From Bacteroidales bacterium (GTDB lineage Bacteria; Bacteroidota; Bacteroidia; Bacteroidales; GWA2-32-17): DNA of 64,000 bases. Position numbers and translations under genes: made by a program. The stretch's first letter is position 1. Every line of letters starts with the position of its first letter. Positions 36,401 to 45,513 of this stretch are shown one piece after another. The stretch spans positions 169 through 64,168 of the forward strand of contig JABUFC010000012.1 in NCBI GenBank assembly GCA_013314715.1. Reading direction: 5' to 3'. Under the pieces are notes generated by a model. It ran no database searches, had not been told where the DNA came from, and worked only from the letters and a program-made list of their open reading frames with translations.

Positions 36401-37665
36401 AACCTGGTAAACTCTATGCAGATGTAACACAAAATACTATTATCTGTATTAACGACACCGCTCATTTGTATGTGTCTGCAACAGGTGGAACTCCGGGATA
36501 TTCGTTTAATTGGAATACTGGCTCACATGATACGTTAATCCATGTTTGGCCCACAATAAATACAAATTATTCTGTAACCGTTACCGATACCCATGGGTGT
36601 ATTTCAACTGTTGGCACAACGGTACAAGTAAGACCTCCCTTGTCGGGTATTATCAATATTAACGACAGCATACTTTGCAGTGGAGAACCTTTAGTATTTT
36701 CGGGAACTATTAATGGAGGCAGCGGTCAATATACAATAACATTAAACGATACCTTGCCTATTACACTTCCATTTACTTTATATCCTGAAGAATCTGCTTC
36801 GTATGTTATTAAAGTTGATGATGACTGCAATACCCCACCTATATACTTCTATTTTGATGTATTAGTTATTCCATCGCCTCCTAATAATTTACAAGCCGAT
36901 ATCATTGCGGGTTGTGCTCCATTAACGGTTCACTTTGTAGAATCTTCGCCTAACGAAAATCAAACTTATTGGTGGAATTTTGGTGATCCCAATTCGGCTA
37001 ATGTCAGCGATAGCAAAACACCGGTTCATACTTATGTGAATCCCGGAGATTATACCGTTTCGCTTACAACAACCAATATTTATGGTTGCCATACGCAGCA
37101 AATTATACCCAATTTAATTCATGTTTATGCTATTCCCGAAGCCAAATTTGTAACCGATCCACTTACTATAACGATGCTAAATACAAATGTGCATTTTGTA
37201 AATTTATCTACAGGTGCAACCTCCTATTATTGGAATTTTGGTGATGGCGACTCTTCTTCGTTCGAAAGTCCTTATCATCAATATCCAAGCATACCAGGAC
37301 AATATCAAGTTTATTTGGTTGCTATAAGCTCTCACGGATGTGTGGATACCGTATGGCAACCCATAGAAGTAATGGGAGAATATACCTTCTATGCTCCTAC
37401 GGCATTTTCGCCCGATAACGATGGCAAAAACGAAGTATGGCGGGTATATGCTACCAATATAGATTTTAGCACTTTCCACTTGGTTGTTATGGACCGTTGG
37501 GGTGAAATTATTTTTGAAACCAACGATATTGAAAAGGTTTGGAACGGCAAGGCAAAAGATGGCGACCAATTAGTGCCTGTAGGTACTTATACATGGATAG
37601 CTAAATTTAAAGATACGCATAATGTAACGCGAACCAAAACAGGTCCTGTTACTGTAATTCATTAA
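33409..37665 (+). CDS. Giant surface protein: unassigned ~540-aa N-terminal region, 6 SprB-type repeats, Ig-like region, 2 PKD domains, T9SS type B C-terminal domain
   Basis: Signal peptide '[23 protein letters not shown]'. SprB repeats such as '[26 protein letters not shown]...[16 protein letters not shown]'. PKD '[33 protein letters not shown]' and '[20 protein letters not shown]'. CTD '[20 protein letters not shown]...[13 protein letters not shown]...[23 protein letters not shown]'. Confidence 0.85.
   Translation: [1418 protein letters not shown]
35053..36382 (+). repeat. Array of 6 diverged SprB-type protein repeats (period about 225-234 nt)
   Basis: Units begin near 35053, 35299, 35533, 35758, 35986 and 36214. 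Each carries 'C.G...G.I......GG(T/V)PPY.Y.W..G.T.ED...L..G.Y.VTVTD..GC'. Confidence 0.8.
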
Positions 37666-37855
37666 TGGTATTTCATGTGTATAAAGTTTTTATATTACCG
37701 ATAATATTGATATTATAATTTTCATTTTCGGTTGGTCTCGTCATTTTGACGAGATGTACATTTCATAATATATATAAAAATTCTTTTTTAACGAAAGAAT
37801 AATTAAAAATATTTTTCTCTATTTTTACCAAAACCAAACTTAAAACCATAACAAT

Positions 37856-40800
37856 ATGTTTAAACAGCTGCGTTTATTAGCTATTAGCTTGCTTATTAGT
37901 ACGATGGCATTTAGTCAACCTGCAAGCATTAAAGTTCATCCATCTTTTGAAACAACGGGAGTATTCCTTGGTGAAAGCCAACCTTTGAGAGATCTTTTAC
38001 CTGTTGATGACTTAGAAAAAGTTCAGCAACTTTTTAAAGATTCAAAACAAAAACGCAAAGAATTAGAATTTGAACGAAATCCTGAAATGAAACAACGTCG
38101 ATATCCATTCATAGAAACAGCATTGCCCAAGGGTCCTGATCCACTTTTACAGAGTGAACAAGGAAACGCAAAAGCAGTAACAACAACCATTGTACATAAT
38201 TTTGACGGTCAAAATGGTTCTTCATTTCCGCTTGATTGCAATGGAACGGTAGGTCCTAATCATTTTATGCAAACCATTAATTTAACTTATACTATTTATA
38301 ATAAATCTACTGAAGCATTAGTGGCAGGTCCCACAAACTTGAATGTAATTTTTTCGGGCTTAACAGGGGCCTCTTGTAATGATGGCGATCCTATCGTTTT
38401 ATACGATGAGAATGCCGATCGTTGGTTTTATTCCGAATTTTCTTTATGTGGCACTAACGATTATATGCTAATTGCTGTATCAACAACGAACGATCCAACT
38501 GGAACGTGGTATAAATATTCATTTGATGTTGACGATGTTCCTGATTATATGAAGTTTGGCGTTTGGCGTGATGGGTATTATATGGCTACTAATAATACAT
38601 CGGGTAAAGATGTTTATGTTTTTCAACGCGATGTAATGCTTACGGGTGGTTCTAGCCCTAAAATGGTAGGATTTGATAATCCTAATCGTCCCAATAGTGG
38701 TTTTCATTGTATTATGCCTGCTGACAATGATTGGACATTTGCTCCAACAGGCAAACCTGGTATTTTTCTTACTATTAATGATGATGCATGGGGTGGATCA
38801 GATCAATTGTGGATTTACGAATTACAAGTTAACTGGACAACAACTTCAAACTCTACTTTTAGTCGCACACAAACCATATCGGTACCTGCATTTAGTAGCT
38901 ATTTTGGTAGCACAACTTGGGACGATATTACTCAAGCTGGAACTTCACAAAAATTAGATGGTATTCCTACCATTTTAATGTTTAGAGCTCAATATGTAAA
39001 TTTTGGAAGCGAAGAACGTATCGTTTGCTACCATACAGTTAATGTGGGGTCTAATAGGGCAGGATTGCGTTGGTACGAACTTACTCGTACATCCGGTGGA
39101 ACAACGTGGACCATTCGGCAAAACGGTACATATGCTCCCAATGATGGCTTAAATAGATGGTGTGGCTCTATTTCTATCAATCAAAATAAGCAAATAGCTT
39201 TGATTTATAGTGTTACTGGAGGCACCAATGTATATCCTGGTATCAGAATCTGTGGACAATCGGCAAGTGCTAATGCCATTGCTAATGGTACTTTAGATAT
39301 TCCTGAAACAACCATAGTTAATGGCGGAACATATCAATCGTCATACAATAGATGGGGCGATTATGCTCAACTATCAGTTGACCCTACCGACAAAATCACA
39401 TTTTGGGGGACTACTCAATATATGAAAACTTCTACAACAACAAAGTACACCAAAATTGTAGCTTTTAGATTTGATGAAAATTTAAATGTTCCACCCGTTG
39501 CTGATTTTATTGGAAATCCTACCAATATAATAGAAGGTGGTTCGGTAGCATTTACCGATCAAAGTACTAATACTCCCACCTCATGGTCGTGGTCGTTCCC
39601 TGGTGGCACACCAGCAACCTCTACTCAACAAAATCCTACTGTTACCTATAATACAGCGGGTACCTACAACGTAACCTTAATTGTAAGTAACCAATATGGT
39701 TCTGATACGATTACAAAAACCAATTATATAACAGTAAATCAACCATCAAGTGGGTTTAGTTTAGATTTTGAAGCTTGCACCGATTGGTCAACAAACTTTA
39801 CTCCTTGGACAAGTCAAGACCAAGATGGAAAAACTACTTATCAGTCATCTGATTGTAACTTTACAGGAGAAGGCACAGCATTTGGTTTTATGGCATTTAA
39901 TCCGTCGCTTGCAGGTTGCTTTGCTACCCATGGTGGTCAACGTTGTGGAGTAGCCATTTGCCCTGCCGATGCTTCGCAAGCTGATAATTGGCTTATTTCA
40001 TCGGCTTTACCCATGCAAACAGGAGGTTCCATTTCTTTTTGGGTACAATCGCCAAAACCAGGTACATGGGGCAACGAAACTTACGATGTGTTAGTTTCTA
40101 CAACCAACAATCAACCCGCAAGCTTTACAGCAATTGCCTCAAATGAAACCGCTCCTTCAACATGGACTCAAAAAACTTACAATTTATCTGCATACAATAA
40201 TCAAACAATATATGTAGCTATTCGTCATCGTTCTACCGATAAATTTATGTTATTTATAGACGATATCACCATCGATCCGGGAATTACACAAATACTTCCA
40301 ACCGCTTCATTCAATACTTCCTCTAATGCTATTTGTCAAAATGGGAACATATCATTTACCAACACAAGTACAGATGCAACATCGTATCAATGGATTTTTG
40401 CAGGAGGCAATCCAGCTACAAGTACCAATGCAAACGAAAGTGTTAGCTATGCAAATCCTGGAACATATAACGTTACTTTAATTGCAACTAATGCTTTTGG
40501 CTCAGATACTTCTATTTCATCTATAACGGTATATGCAAATCCAACTATTACTGTACAAGCATCTGCAACAGAAATATGTTCTGGTCAATCGGTAACTTTA
40601 ACTGCTACTGGTGCACAATCATACACTTGGAGCAATGGAATAACGAATGGAGTATCTTTTGTTCCAACAACAACTACAACCTATTCAGTAACCGCTACAG
40701 ATAATCATTCTTGTTCATCTATAGCACAGCAAACCATAACAGTTCATTCGCTACCAAACGTTACTATTTCTGCTTCAAATACATCTGTTTGTTCAGGACA

Positions 40801-41680
40801 ATCGGTTACTCTTACAGGTCATGGTGCGCAAACTTATGTATGGAACAATAATGTAATAAATGGTAATGCTTTTACACCAACGGCAACCAATACTTATACT
40901 GTTACTGGTACTGATAGTTATGGCTGTTCAAACACAGCGTCAGTTACTATAACTGTTAATGCATTGCCCAATGTAACGATCAATGCTTCGACCAATCCTG
41001 TTTGCGAAGGTAATACAGTTACTTTAACAGGCCAAGGCGCTCAAACATACAGTTGGAGTGATGGTATTCAAAATGGCGTTCCTTTTACACCTCAATCACC
41101 TAGCACTTATACCGTAACAGGAACGGATGCTAATGGTTGTTCAAATACTGCACAAATTGCAATAGATGTAATTCCTTCATACATACTTAATGCTTCTGTA
41201 ACTGATGTGTCAACTTATGGTGGCAACGATGGCGCTATTGATTTATCTATATCGGGAGGTGTTTTGCCCTATACCATTCAATGGAGCAATGGTGCTACTA
41301 CTGAAGATTTAACCAATATTCCAGCTGGAACATATACGGTAAATGTTACTAATACATATGGTTGTGTTACTTCATTAACCGTTACTGTAAGTCAGTCGCC
41401 ACTTTCAGTAATTGAAATAGATGCTAATACACGTTTGGCTCTTTATCCGAATCCAGCTCAATCAAATATTACTTTAGCTATTCGTTCAAATTATATTTTA
41501 GGTAATGTAATGGTTGAGATATTTAATATGTTAGGTCAAAAATTAAACGAATGGAATCTTATATCTAATTCAAAATCGATAGATGAACCTTTAGTAATAG
41601 AACAATTACCAAAAGGGAATTATATTGTAAAAGTATATTTGCGTGACAAAATATATTCAACAACAATAATTAAAAAATAA
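37856..41680 (+). CDS. Large secreted protein: unassigned propeller-like N-terminal region, 2 PKD domains, choice-of-anchor J / cleaved-adhesin-like domain, 3 tandem Ig-like repeats, 1 SprB repeat, T9SS type A C-terminal sorting domain
   Basis: Signal peptide 'LAISLLISTMAFSQ'. PKD 'WSWSFPGGTPATSTQQNPTVTYNTAGTYNVTL' and 'YQWIFAGGNPATSTNANESVSYANPGTYNVTL'. 'ADNWLISSALPM...SISFWVQSP...YDVLVSTTN...IYVAIRHRSTDKFMLFIDDITI' resembles choice-of-anchor J / gingipain-adhesin domains. C-terminus 'LALYPNPAQSNITLAI...LPKGNYIVKVY' is a type A CTD. Confidence 0.85.
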   Translation: MFKQLRLLAISLLISTMAFSQPASIKVHPSFETTGVFLGESQPLRDLLPVDDLEKVQQLFKDSKQKRKELEFERNPEMKQRRYPFIETALPKGPDPLLQSEQGNAKAVTTTIVHNFDGQNGSSFPLDCNGTVGPNHFMQTINLTYTIYNKSTEALVAGPTNLNVIFSGLTGASCNDGDPIVLYDENADRWFYSEFSLCGTNDYMLIAVSTTNDPTGTWYKYSFDVDDVPDYMKFGVWRDGYYMATNNTSGKDVYVFQRDVMLTGGSSPKMVGFDNPNRPNSGFHCIMPADNDWTFAPTGKPGIFLTINDDAWGGSDQLWIYELQVNWTTTSNSTFSRTQTISVPAFSSYFGSTTWDDITQAGTSQKLDGIPTILMFRAQYVNFGSEERIVCYHTVNVGSNRAGLRWYELTRTSGGTTWTIRQNGTYAPNDGLNRWCGSISINQNKQIALIYSVTGGTNVYPGIRICGQSASANAIANGTLDIPETTIVNGGTYQSSYNRWGDYAQLSVDPTDKITFWGTTQYMKTSTTTKYTKIVAFRFDENLNVPPVADFIGNPTNIIEGGSVAFTDQSTNTPTSWSWSFPGGTPATSTQQNPTVTYNTAGTYNVTLIVSNQYGSDTITKTNYITVNQPSSGFSLDFEACTDWSTNFTPWTSQDQDGKTTYQSSDCNFTGEGTAFGFMAFNPSLAGCFATHGGQRCGVAICPADASQADNWLISSALPMQTGGSISFWVQSPKPGTWGNETYDVLVSTTNNQPASFTAIASNETAPSTWTQKTYNLSAYNNQTIYVAIRHRSTDKFMLFIDDITIDPGITQILPTASFNTSSNAICQNGNISFTNTSTDATSYQWIFAGGNPATSTNANESVSYANPGTYNVTLIATNAFGSDTSISSITVYANPTITVQASATEICSGQSVTLTATGAQSYTWSNGITNGVSFVPTTTTTYSVTATDNHSCSSIAQQTITVHSLPNVTISASNTSVCSGQSVTLTGHGAQTYVWNNNVINGNAFTPTATNTYTVTGTDSYGCSNTASVTITVNALPNVTINASTNPVCEGNTVTLTGQGAQTYSWSDGIQNGVPFTPQSPSTYTVTGTDANGCSNTAQIAIDVIPSYILNASVTDVSTYGGNDGAIDLSISGGVLPYTIQWSNGATTEDLTNIPAGTYTVNVTNTYGCVTSLTVTVSQSPLSVIEIDANTRLALYPNPAQSNITLAIRSNYILGNVMVEIFNMLGQKLNEWNLISNSKSIDEPLVIEQLPKGNYIVKVYLRDKIYSTTIIKK
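40538..41176 (+). repeat. Three tandem 213-nt (71-aa) repeats encoding Ig-like modules
   Basis: Units start at about 40538, 40751 and 40964. They read 'P(T/N)(I/V)TI.AS....C.G..VTLT..GAQ.Y.W..........F.P....TY.VT.TD..GCS...'. Similarity is also clearly visible at nucleotide level. Confidence 0.8.
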
Positions 41681-41702
41681 AATCTTACGATGTTTTAAAA
41701 GG

Positions 41703-41731
41703 AGGCTGCTACAGAAAGGCAGCCTTTTTTT
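41703..41731. terminator. Bidirectional intrinsic terminator between convergent genes
   Basis: Stem aggctgc (41703-41709) pairs with gcagcct (41719-41725) around a 9-nt loop. It is followed by TTTTTT (41726-41731) on the + strand and preceded by AAAA (giving TTTT on the - strand). It lies in the 60-nt gap between the + gene stop (41680) and the recN stop (41741). Confidence 0.7.
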
Positions 41732-41740
41732 ATTTTGTTA

Positions 41741-43396
41741 TTAGTGTTTTAATAAATGTTTAGCTTGTTCTAATGCAGAATTTGTAATTTCTTTGGCACT
41801 TAACATTTTAGCTATCTCATAAATGCGTTCTTGTTCTGATAAATCTTTAACAACCACAATTGTGCCTTTATTGTTTTGATTTTTAGAAACTTGTTTATGT
41901 TGTTTGCCGCAAGCAGCTACTTGTGGTAAATGAGTAATGGAAATAACTTGCATATGTGTAGCTAATTGTTGCATTATATGCCCCATATGATATGCAATTT
42001 CGCCACTAATGCCTGTATCAATTTCATCGAAAAATATTGTTTCGCAGGTATTCTGGTGTGCAATTATTGTTTTCAATGAAAGCATAACTCTTGATAATTC
42101 GCCTCCGGAAGCAATTTTTTCAATTGGTTGTGGAGGTATTTTAATATTCGATGAAAATAAATATTCTACGATGGAATAACCAAATTCAGATAAGTTTTCC
42201 GATTTTTTTAAATCGATAACAAAGTTAACATTGGGCATGCCCAAATTATTTAAAATAGGGATAATTTGTTTTACAAGAATTTCAGAAGCTTTTTGTCGTT
42301 GCCGATGCAGTTTCTGAGCCCATTTATCCAATTCTGTTTTTAAAACATCTATGGTTTCTTCTAACTGTAAAATATCATTATCGATATGGTTAATTTTACT
42401 GAGTTTTAGTTTAATATCGTTTTTAAGTTCTAATATTTCTGGATAGTTTTTTAAATGATATTTTTGTTGGAGATTATAAACCGTATTGATTTCTTTTTGA
42501 ATTTGTTCTAAAAGAGCTGGATTAGCTTGAATATGTTCAAATTCTTGTTCTATTTCAGAAATTAAATCTTTAAATTCAAAATACAGGTTATCAGCTCGTT
42601 GTAACCATAAATCAGCTTTAAAATATTGATGACTAAGTGATTGTAATAATTTTGTGATGCTTTTTAATTGAGTTAATGTTGAGTTATCTTGTTCTTTACC
42701 AGTTTGAATTATTTCTGAAAGTTTAATAGCAATTTCTTCGGCATGTTCAAGTGTTTGATATTTTTGTTCTAATTCTGAAAATTCTTGTTCTGTGTATTTA
42801 ATGGCGTTGAATTCTTGTAGTTGGAATGAAAGAAAATCGGCTTCTTGTTTCGATTTTTGTTGTTGTTCTTTTAATATTTTGAGTTTATTTATTTGTTGCA
42901 GATATTGTTGATATTGTTTTTTAAAAGATTTTACATCGGTTAATTGTTGGGCTAAAACATCGAGTACAAAAAGTTGAAAATTTTGATGTGTAATTTGCAA
43001 ATTTTGGTGTTGACTATGAATATCAATTAAAAATGCGCTAATTTCTTTAAGAACATTAACCGAAACAATGGTGTCGTTTATATAACAGCGTGAAGTGCCA
43101 GATGGTAATAATTCACGACGTAAAATAATTTCGTTAGACCATTCAATTTCATGTTGTTTAAATAACTCTTTTACTTCGTTTATTGTAGAATTAAATAGGG
43201 CTTCGATAATAGCTTTTTTTTCTTTATTTTTAAGAATGTTTATATCGGCTTTTGCACCACTTAGCAGCAATAAAGATCCTGCTATAATCGATTTTCCTGC
43301 ACCTGTTTCGCCGGTAATAACTGTAAATCCATTAGAAAAGTCTATATGCAACTCCTCGATAATTGCAAAGTTATTTAAGTATAAGCTTTGCAGCAT
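41741..43396 (-). CDS. recN: DNA repair protein RecN
   Basis: 'LYLNNFAIIEELHIDFSNGFTVITGETGAGKSIIAGSL' (Walker A), long coiled-coil middle, C-terminal 'SGGELSRVMLSLK...IFFDEIDTGISG'. Confidence 0.95.
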   Translation of the reverse strand: MLQSLYLNNFAIIEELHIDFSNGFTVITGETGAGKSIIAGSLLLLSGAKADINILKNKEKKAIIEALFNSTINEVKELFKQHEIEWSNEIILRRELLPSGTSRCYINDTIVSVNVLKEISAFLIDIHSQHQNLQITHQNFQLFVLDVLAQQLTDVKSFKKQYQQYLQQINKLKILKEQQQKSKQEADFLSFQLQEFNAIKYTEQEFSELEQKYQTLEHAEEIAIKLSEIIQTGKEQDNSTLTQLKSITKLLQSLSHQYFKADLWLQRADNLYFEFKDLISEIEQEFEHIQANPALLEQIQKEINTVYNLQQKYHLKNYPEILELKNDIKLKLSKINHIDNDILQLEETIDVLKTELDKWAQKLHRQRQKASEILVKQIIPILNNLGMPNVNFVIDLKKSENLSEFGYSIVEYLFSSNIKIPPQPIEKIASGGELSRVMLSLKTIIAHQNTCETIFFDEIDTGISGEIAYHMGHIMQQLATHMQVISITHLPQVAACGKQHKQVSKNQNNKGTIVVVKDLSEQERIYEIAKMLSAKEITNSALEQAKHLLKH

Positions 43397-43399
43397 GGG

Positions 43400-44311
43400 T
43401 TATTGTTTGTTTTCGTTTAATATTCGTTGATACTTATTGGCATTGGTTGGGTCGACCTCTTTTAAAAGATTGGCTATACGTGCTTTTTCGTCGGGGAATG
43501 ATTCGGAGAAAACTTGTACAAATTCATCCGACTTAGCATCAAACAAAATTTGCAAAAGCATCATGAAAGGACTAGGTTTATCGCGATATACTTTTTGAAT
43601 TAGCGTTAATGCATCGGCTATTTGTGCTCTTCCCTCAGCTTGTTTCTCAGCCATAATATCGAGGCCAAGTCGGTGATATTTATAATTAAATTCGCGAATA
43701 GGAGCATATTTAGAATTAAGTAAATTTTCTACTAGCCAATAGCGATTTTTTTGACTTTCGTACGATTTCCATCCTTTTTCTTGGGCGTTTTGAGCATTTT
43801 GTACAATTTTTTCAGCTTTTTGAAAATAAGGAGTACCACCCATTAATGAATACGAATCATAATCGAACCCAATAATAATGTATGCATAGTAGGCGAGTAA
43901 TGATACTAAATTGGAGCCAAAAGTATTTTCGTTAAATTCTAAGGCTTGAAATTCTTGATAATTAAATTGAATATCATTATCTTTTAAGTTGAGCATTACT
44001 GAGTTATAATTTGAATTAAAAATAGGGCGAATCGATTGAATTTGCATCGTACCTTTATATTGATCGGCCGAAATTTGTTCGGTAAGGTTAATCAGAATGG
44101 TACATTCAATTTTTTCGTCATAAGTATATACGTGGTCGGTCCATTTACGGTTATTCATAAACTCGTAAAGATCCTTTTGCATCGATTCAAAAATGTGTTT
44201 ATTAGATGTTTGTATTTGTTGAGAAAATACCTGAATACGACAATTTAATTCTTGTGCATAACAAGCATTTAAAAATATAAAGCCAATTATTAAAGCAGTA
44301 AATTTATTCAT
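43400..44311 (-). CDS. DUF4835 family protein (I believe recent annotations link this family to the T9SS as PorD, from memory)
   Basis: 303 aa with a signal peptide. Sits between coaBC and recN, which is the conserved Bacteroidota position of DUF4835 as I recall it. 'ELNCRIQVFSQQIQTSNKHIFESMQKDLYEFMNNRKWT' is the typical family start. Confidence 0.6.
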   Translation of the reverse strand: MNKFTALIIGFIFLNACYAQELNCRIQVFSQQIQTSNKHIFESMQKDLYEFMNNRKWTDHVYTYDEKIECTILINLTEQISADQYKGTMQIQSIRPIFNSNYNSVMLNLKDNDIQFNYQEFQALEFNENTFGSNLVSLLAYYAYIIIGFDYDSYSLMGGTPYFQKAEKIVQNAQNAQEKGWKSYESQKNRYWLVENLLNSKYAPIREFNYKYHRLGLDIMAEKQAEGRAQIADALTLIQKVYRDKPSPFMMLLQILFDAKSDEFVQVFSESFPDEKARIANLLKEVDPTNANKYQRILNENKQ

Positions 44312-45509
44312 TTAATAAGGTTTCGGTATATCTAACAATATCTAGAGCTAATTCTTTTTTTGTTTTTAACGGATATTTTATACTTTTATTTTGCTTATTG
44401 AGAATAGTAATTTGATTTACATCGTTTGCAATGGGGTTTAGCTTATTTGAAATGGTGTTTAAAATAATGGCATCAAGATTTTTTTTAGTTAATTTTTCAT
44501 ATGCATTTTTTTGTGGTTCATTTGTTTCGAGAGCAAAACCAATAATAATTTGCTTTTTTTTCTTCATTTTGCCTAATGTAGCTGCTATATCGGGAGTTGG
44601 TGTAAGTTCTATAATAAGGTTTTTATCTTTTTGTTTTATTTTTATATTTTCTTTTTTTAAAGGCTTAAAATCGGCAACAGCTGCTGCAAGTATAGCGATA
44701 TCTGCTTTTTTAAAATTTTGTATGGCTTCATTTAGCATTTCGTCGGCTGAAATAACTGAAATGATGTTGATATTGGGATGTTGTATTTGTTCGTTTACAG
44801 GACCACTAACAATGGTAACCTTGGCACCTGCTTGTGCAAATGCATGTGCAATAGCATAACCCATTTTTCCTGACGAAGCATTGCCAATAAAACGAACAGG
44901 GTCAATGTATTCGTATGTTGGACCTGCCGTTATAAGCACATTTTTATTTGAAAATCGTTGTGTGAGTGCAAAAAACGATACAACATGTTCAACAATTTTT
45001 TCGGGTTCTTCCATCCTGCCTTTTCCGGTTAAACCACTTGCAAGTTCTCCCGAAGGAGGTTCTATAAAATAAACACCTCGTTGTTGCAATTGTTTAATAT
45101 TGGTTTGAGTGGCAATGTGCATATACATATCTGTATCCATAGCAGGAGCTACCATTACTGGGCATCGAACCGACAAATAGGTTGTTAATAATAGATTATC
45201 GGCTATTCCATGAGCCATTTTAGCGATAGTATTCGCAGTGGCGGGGGCAATAAGCATTAAATCAGCCCAAATTCCAAGTTCTATATGGCTATTCCAAGCT
45301 CCATCGTCGTGATGAAAAAAATCACATAAAACGGTATTTTTCGAAAGTGTTGCTAAGGTAACAGGTGTAATAAACTCTTTAGCTAATGGAGTAACTACGA
45401 TTTTTACTTGTGCTCCTTCTTTAATAAGCAAACGAGCAAGCATAGCGGCCTTGTATGCTGCTATACTTCCTGTAATACCGAGTATAATATGCTTGCCTTT
45501 TAGGCGCAT
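44304..45509 (-). CDS. coaBC: Bifunctional phosphopantothenoylcysteine decarboxylase / phosphopantothenate--cysteine ligase
   Basis: 'KGKHIILGITGSIAAYKA' flavoprotein N-domain. 'VLITAGPTYEYIDPVRFIGNASSGKMGYAIA' CoaB domain. ATG 45509 is preferred because the track start (45542) would overlap rpoZ. Confidence 0.95.
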   Translation of the reverse strand: MRLKGKHIILGITGSIAAYKAAMLARLLIKEGAQVKIVVTPLAKEFITPVTLATLSKNTVLCDFFHHDDGAWNSHIELGIWADLMLIAPATANTIAKMAHGIADNLLLTTYLSVRCPVMVAPAMDTDMYMHIATQTNIKQLQQRGVYFIEPPSGELASGLTGKGRMEEPEKIVEHVVSFFALTQRFSNKNVLITAGPTYEYIDPVRFIGNASSGKMGYAIAHAFAQAGAKVTIVSGPVNEQIQHPNINIISVISADEMLNEAIQNFKKADIAILAAAVADFKPLKKENIKIKQKDKNLIIELTPTPDIAATLGKMKKKKQIIIGFALETNEPQKNAYEKLTKKNLDAIILNTISNKLNPIANDVNQITILNKQNKSIKYPLKTKKELALDIVRYTETLLNE

Positions 45510-45513
45510 AGCC

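Noticed and set aside
37735-37743. 9-mer gtctcgtca shared between the hairpin at 37736-37754 and 63654-63662
   Set aside because: Too short to be significant, and only one copy forms a hairpin (tctcgtc/gacgaga).
41684-41694. Shared 11-mer cttacgatgtt at 41684-41694 and 50734-50744, both followed by an A-rich run
   Set aside because: By my rough estimate, thousands of 11-mer coincidences are expected in 64 kb of AT-rich sequence. The flanks do not align, and the contexts differ in orientation relative to their genes.
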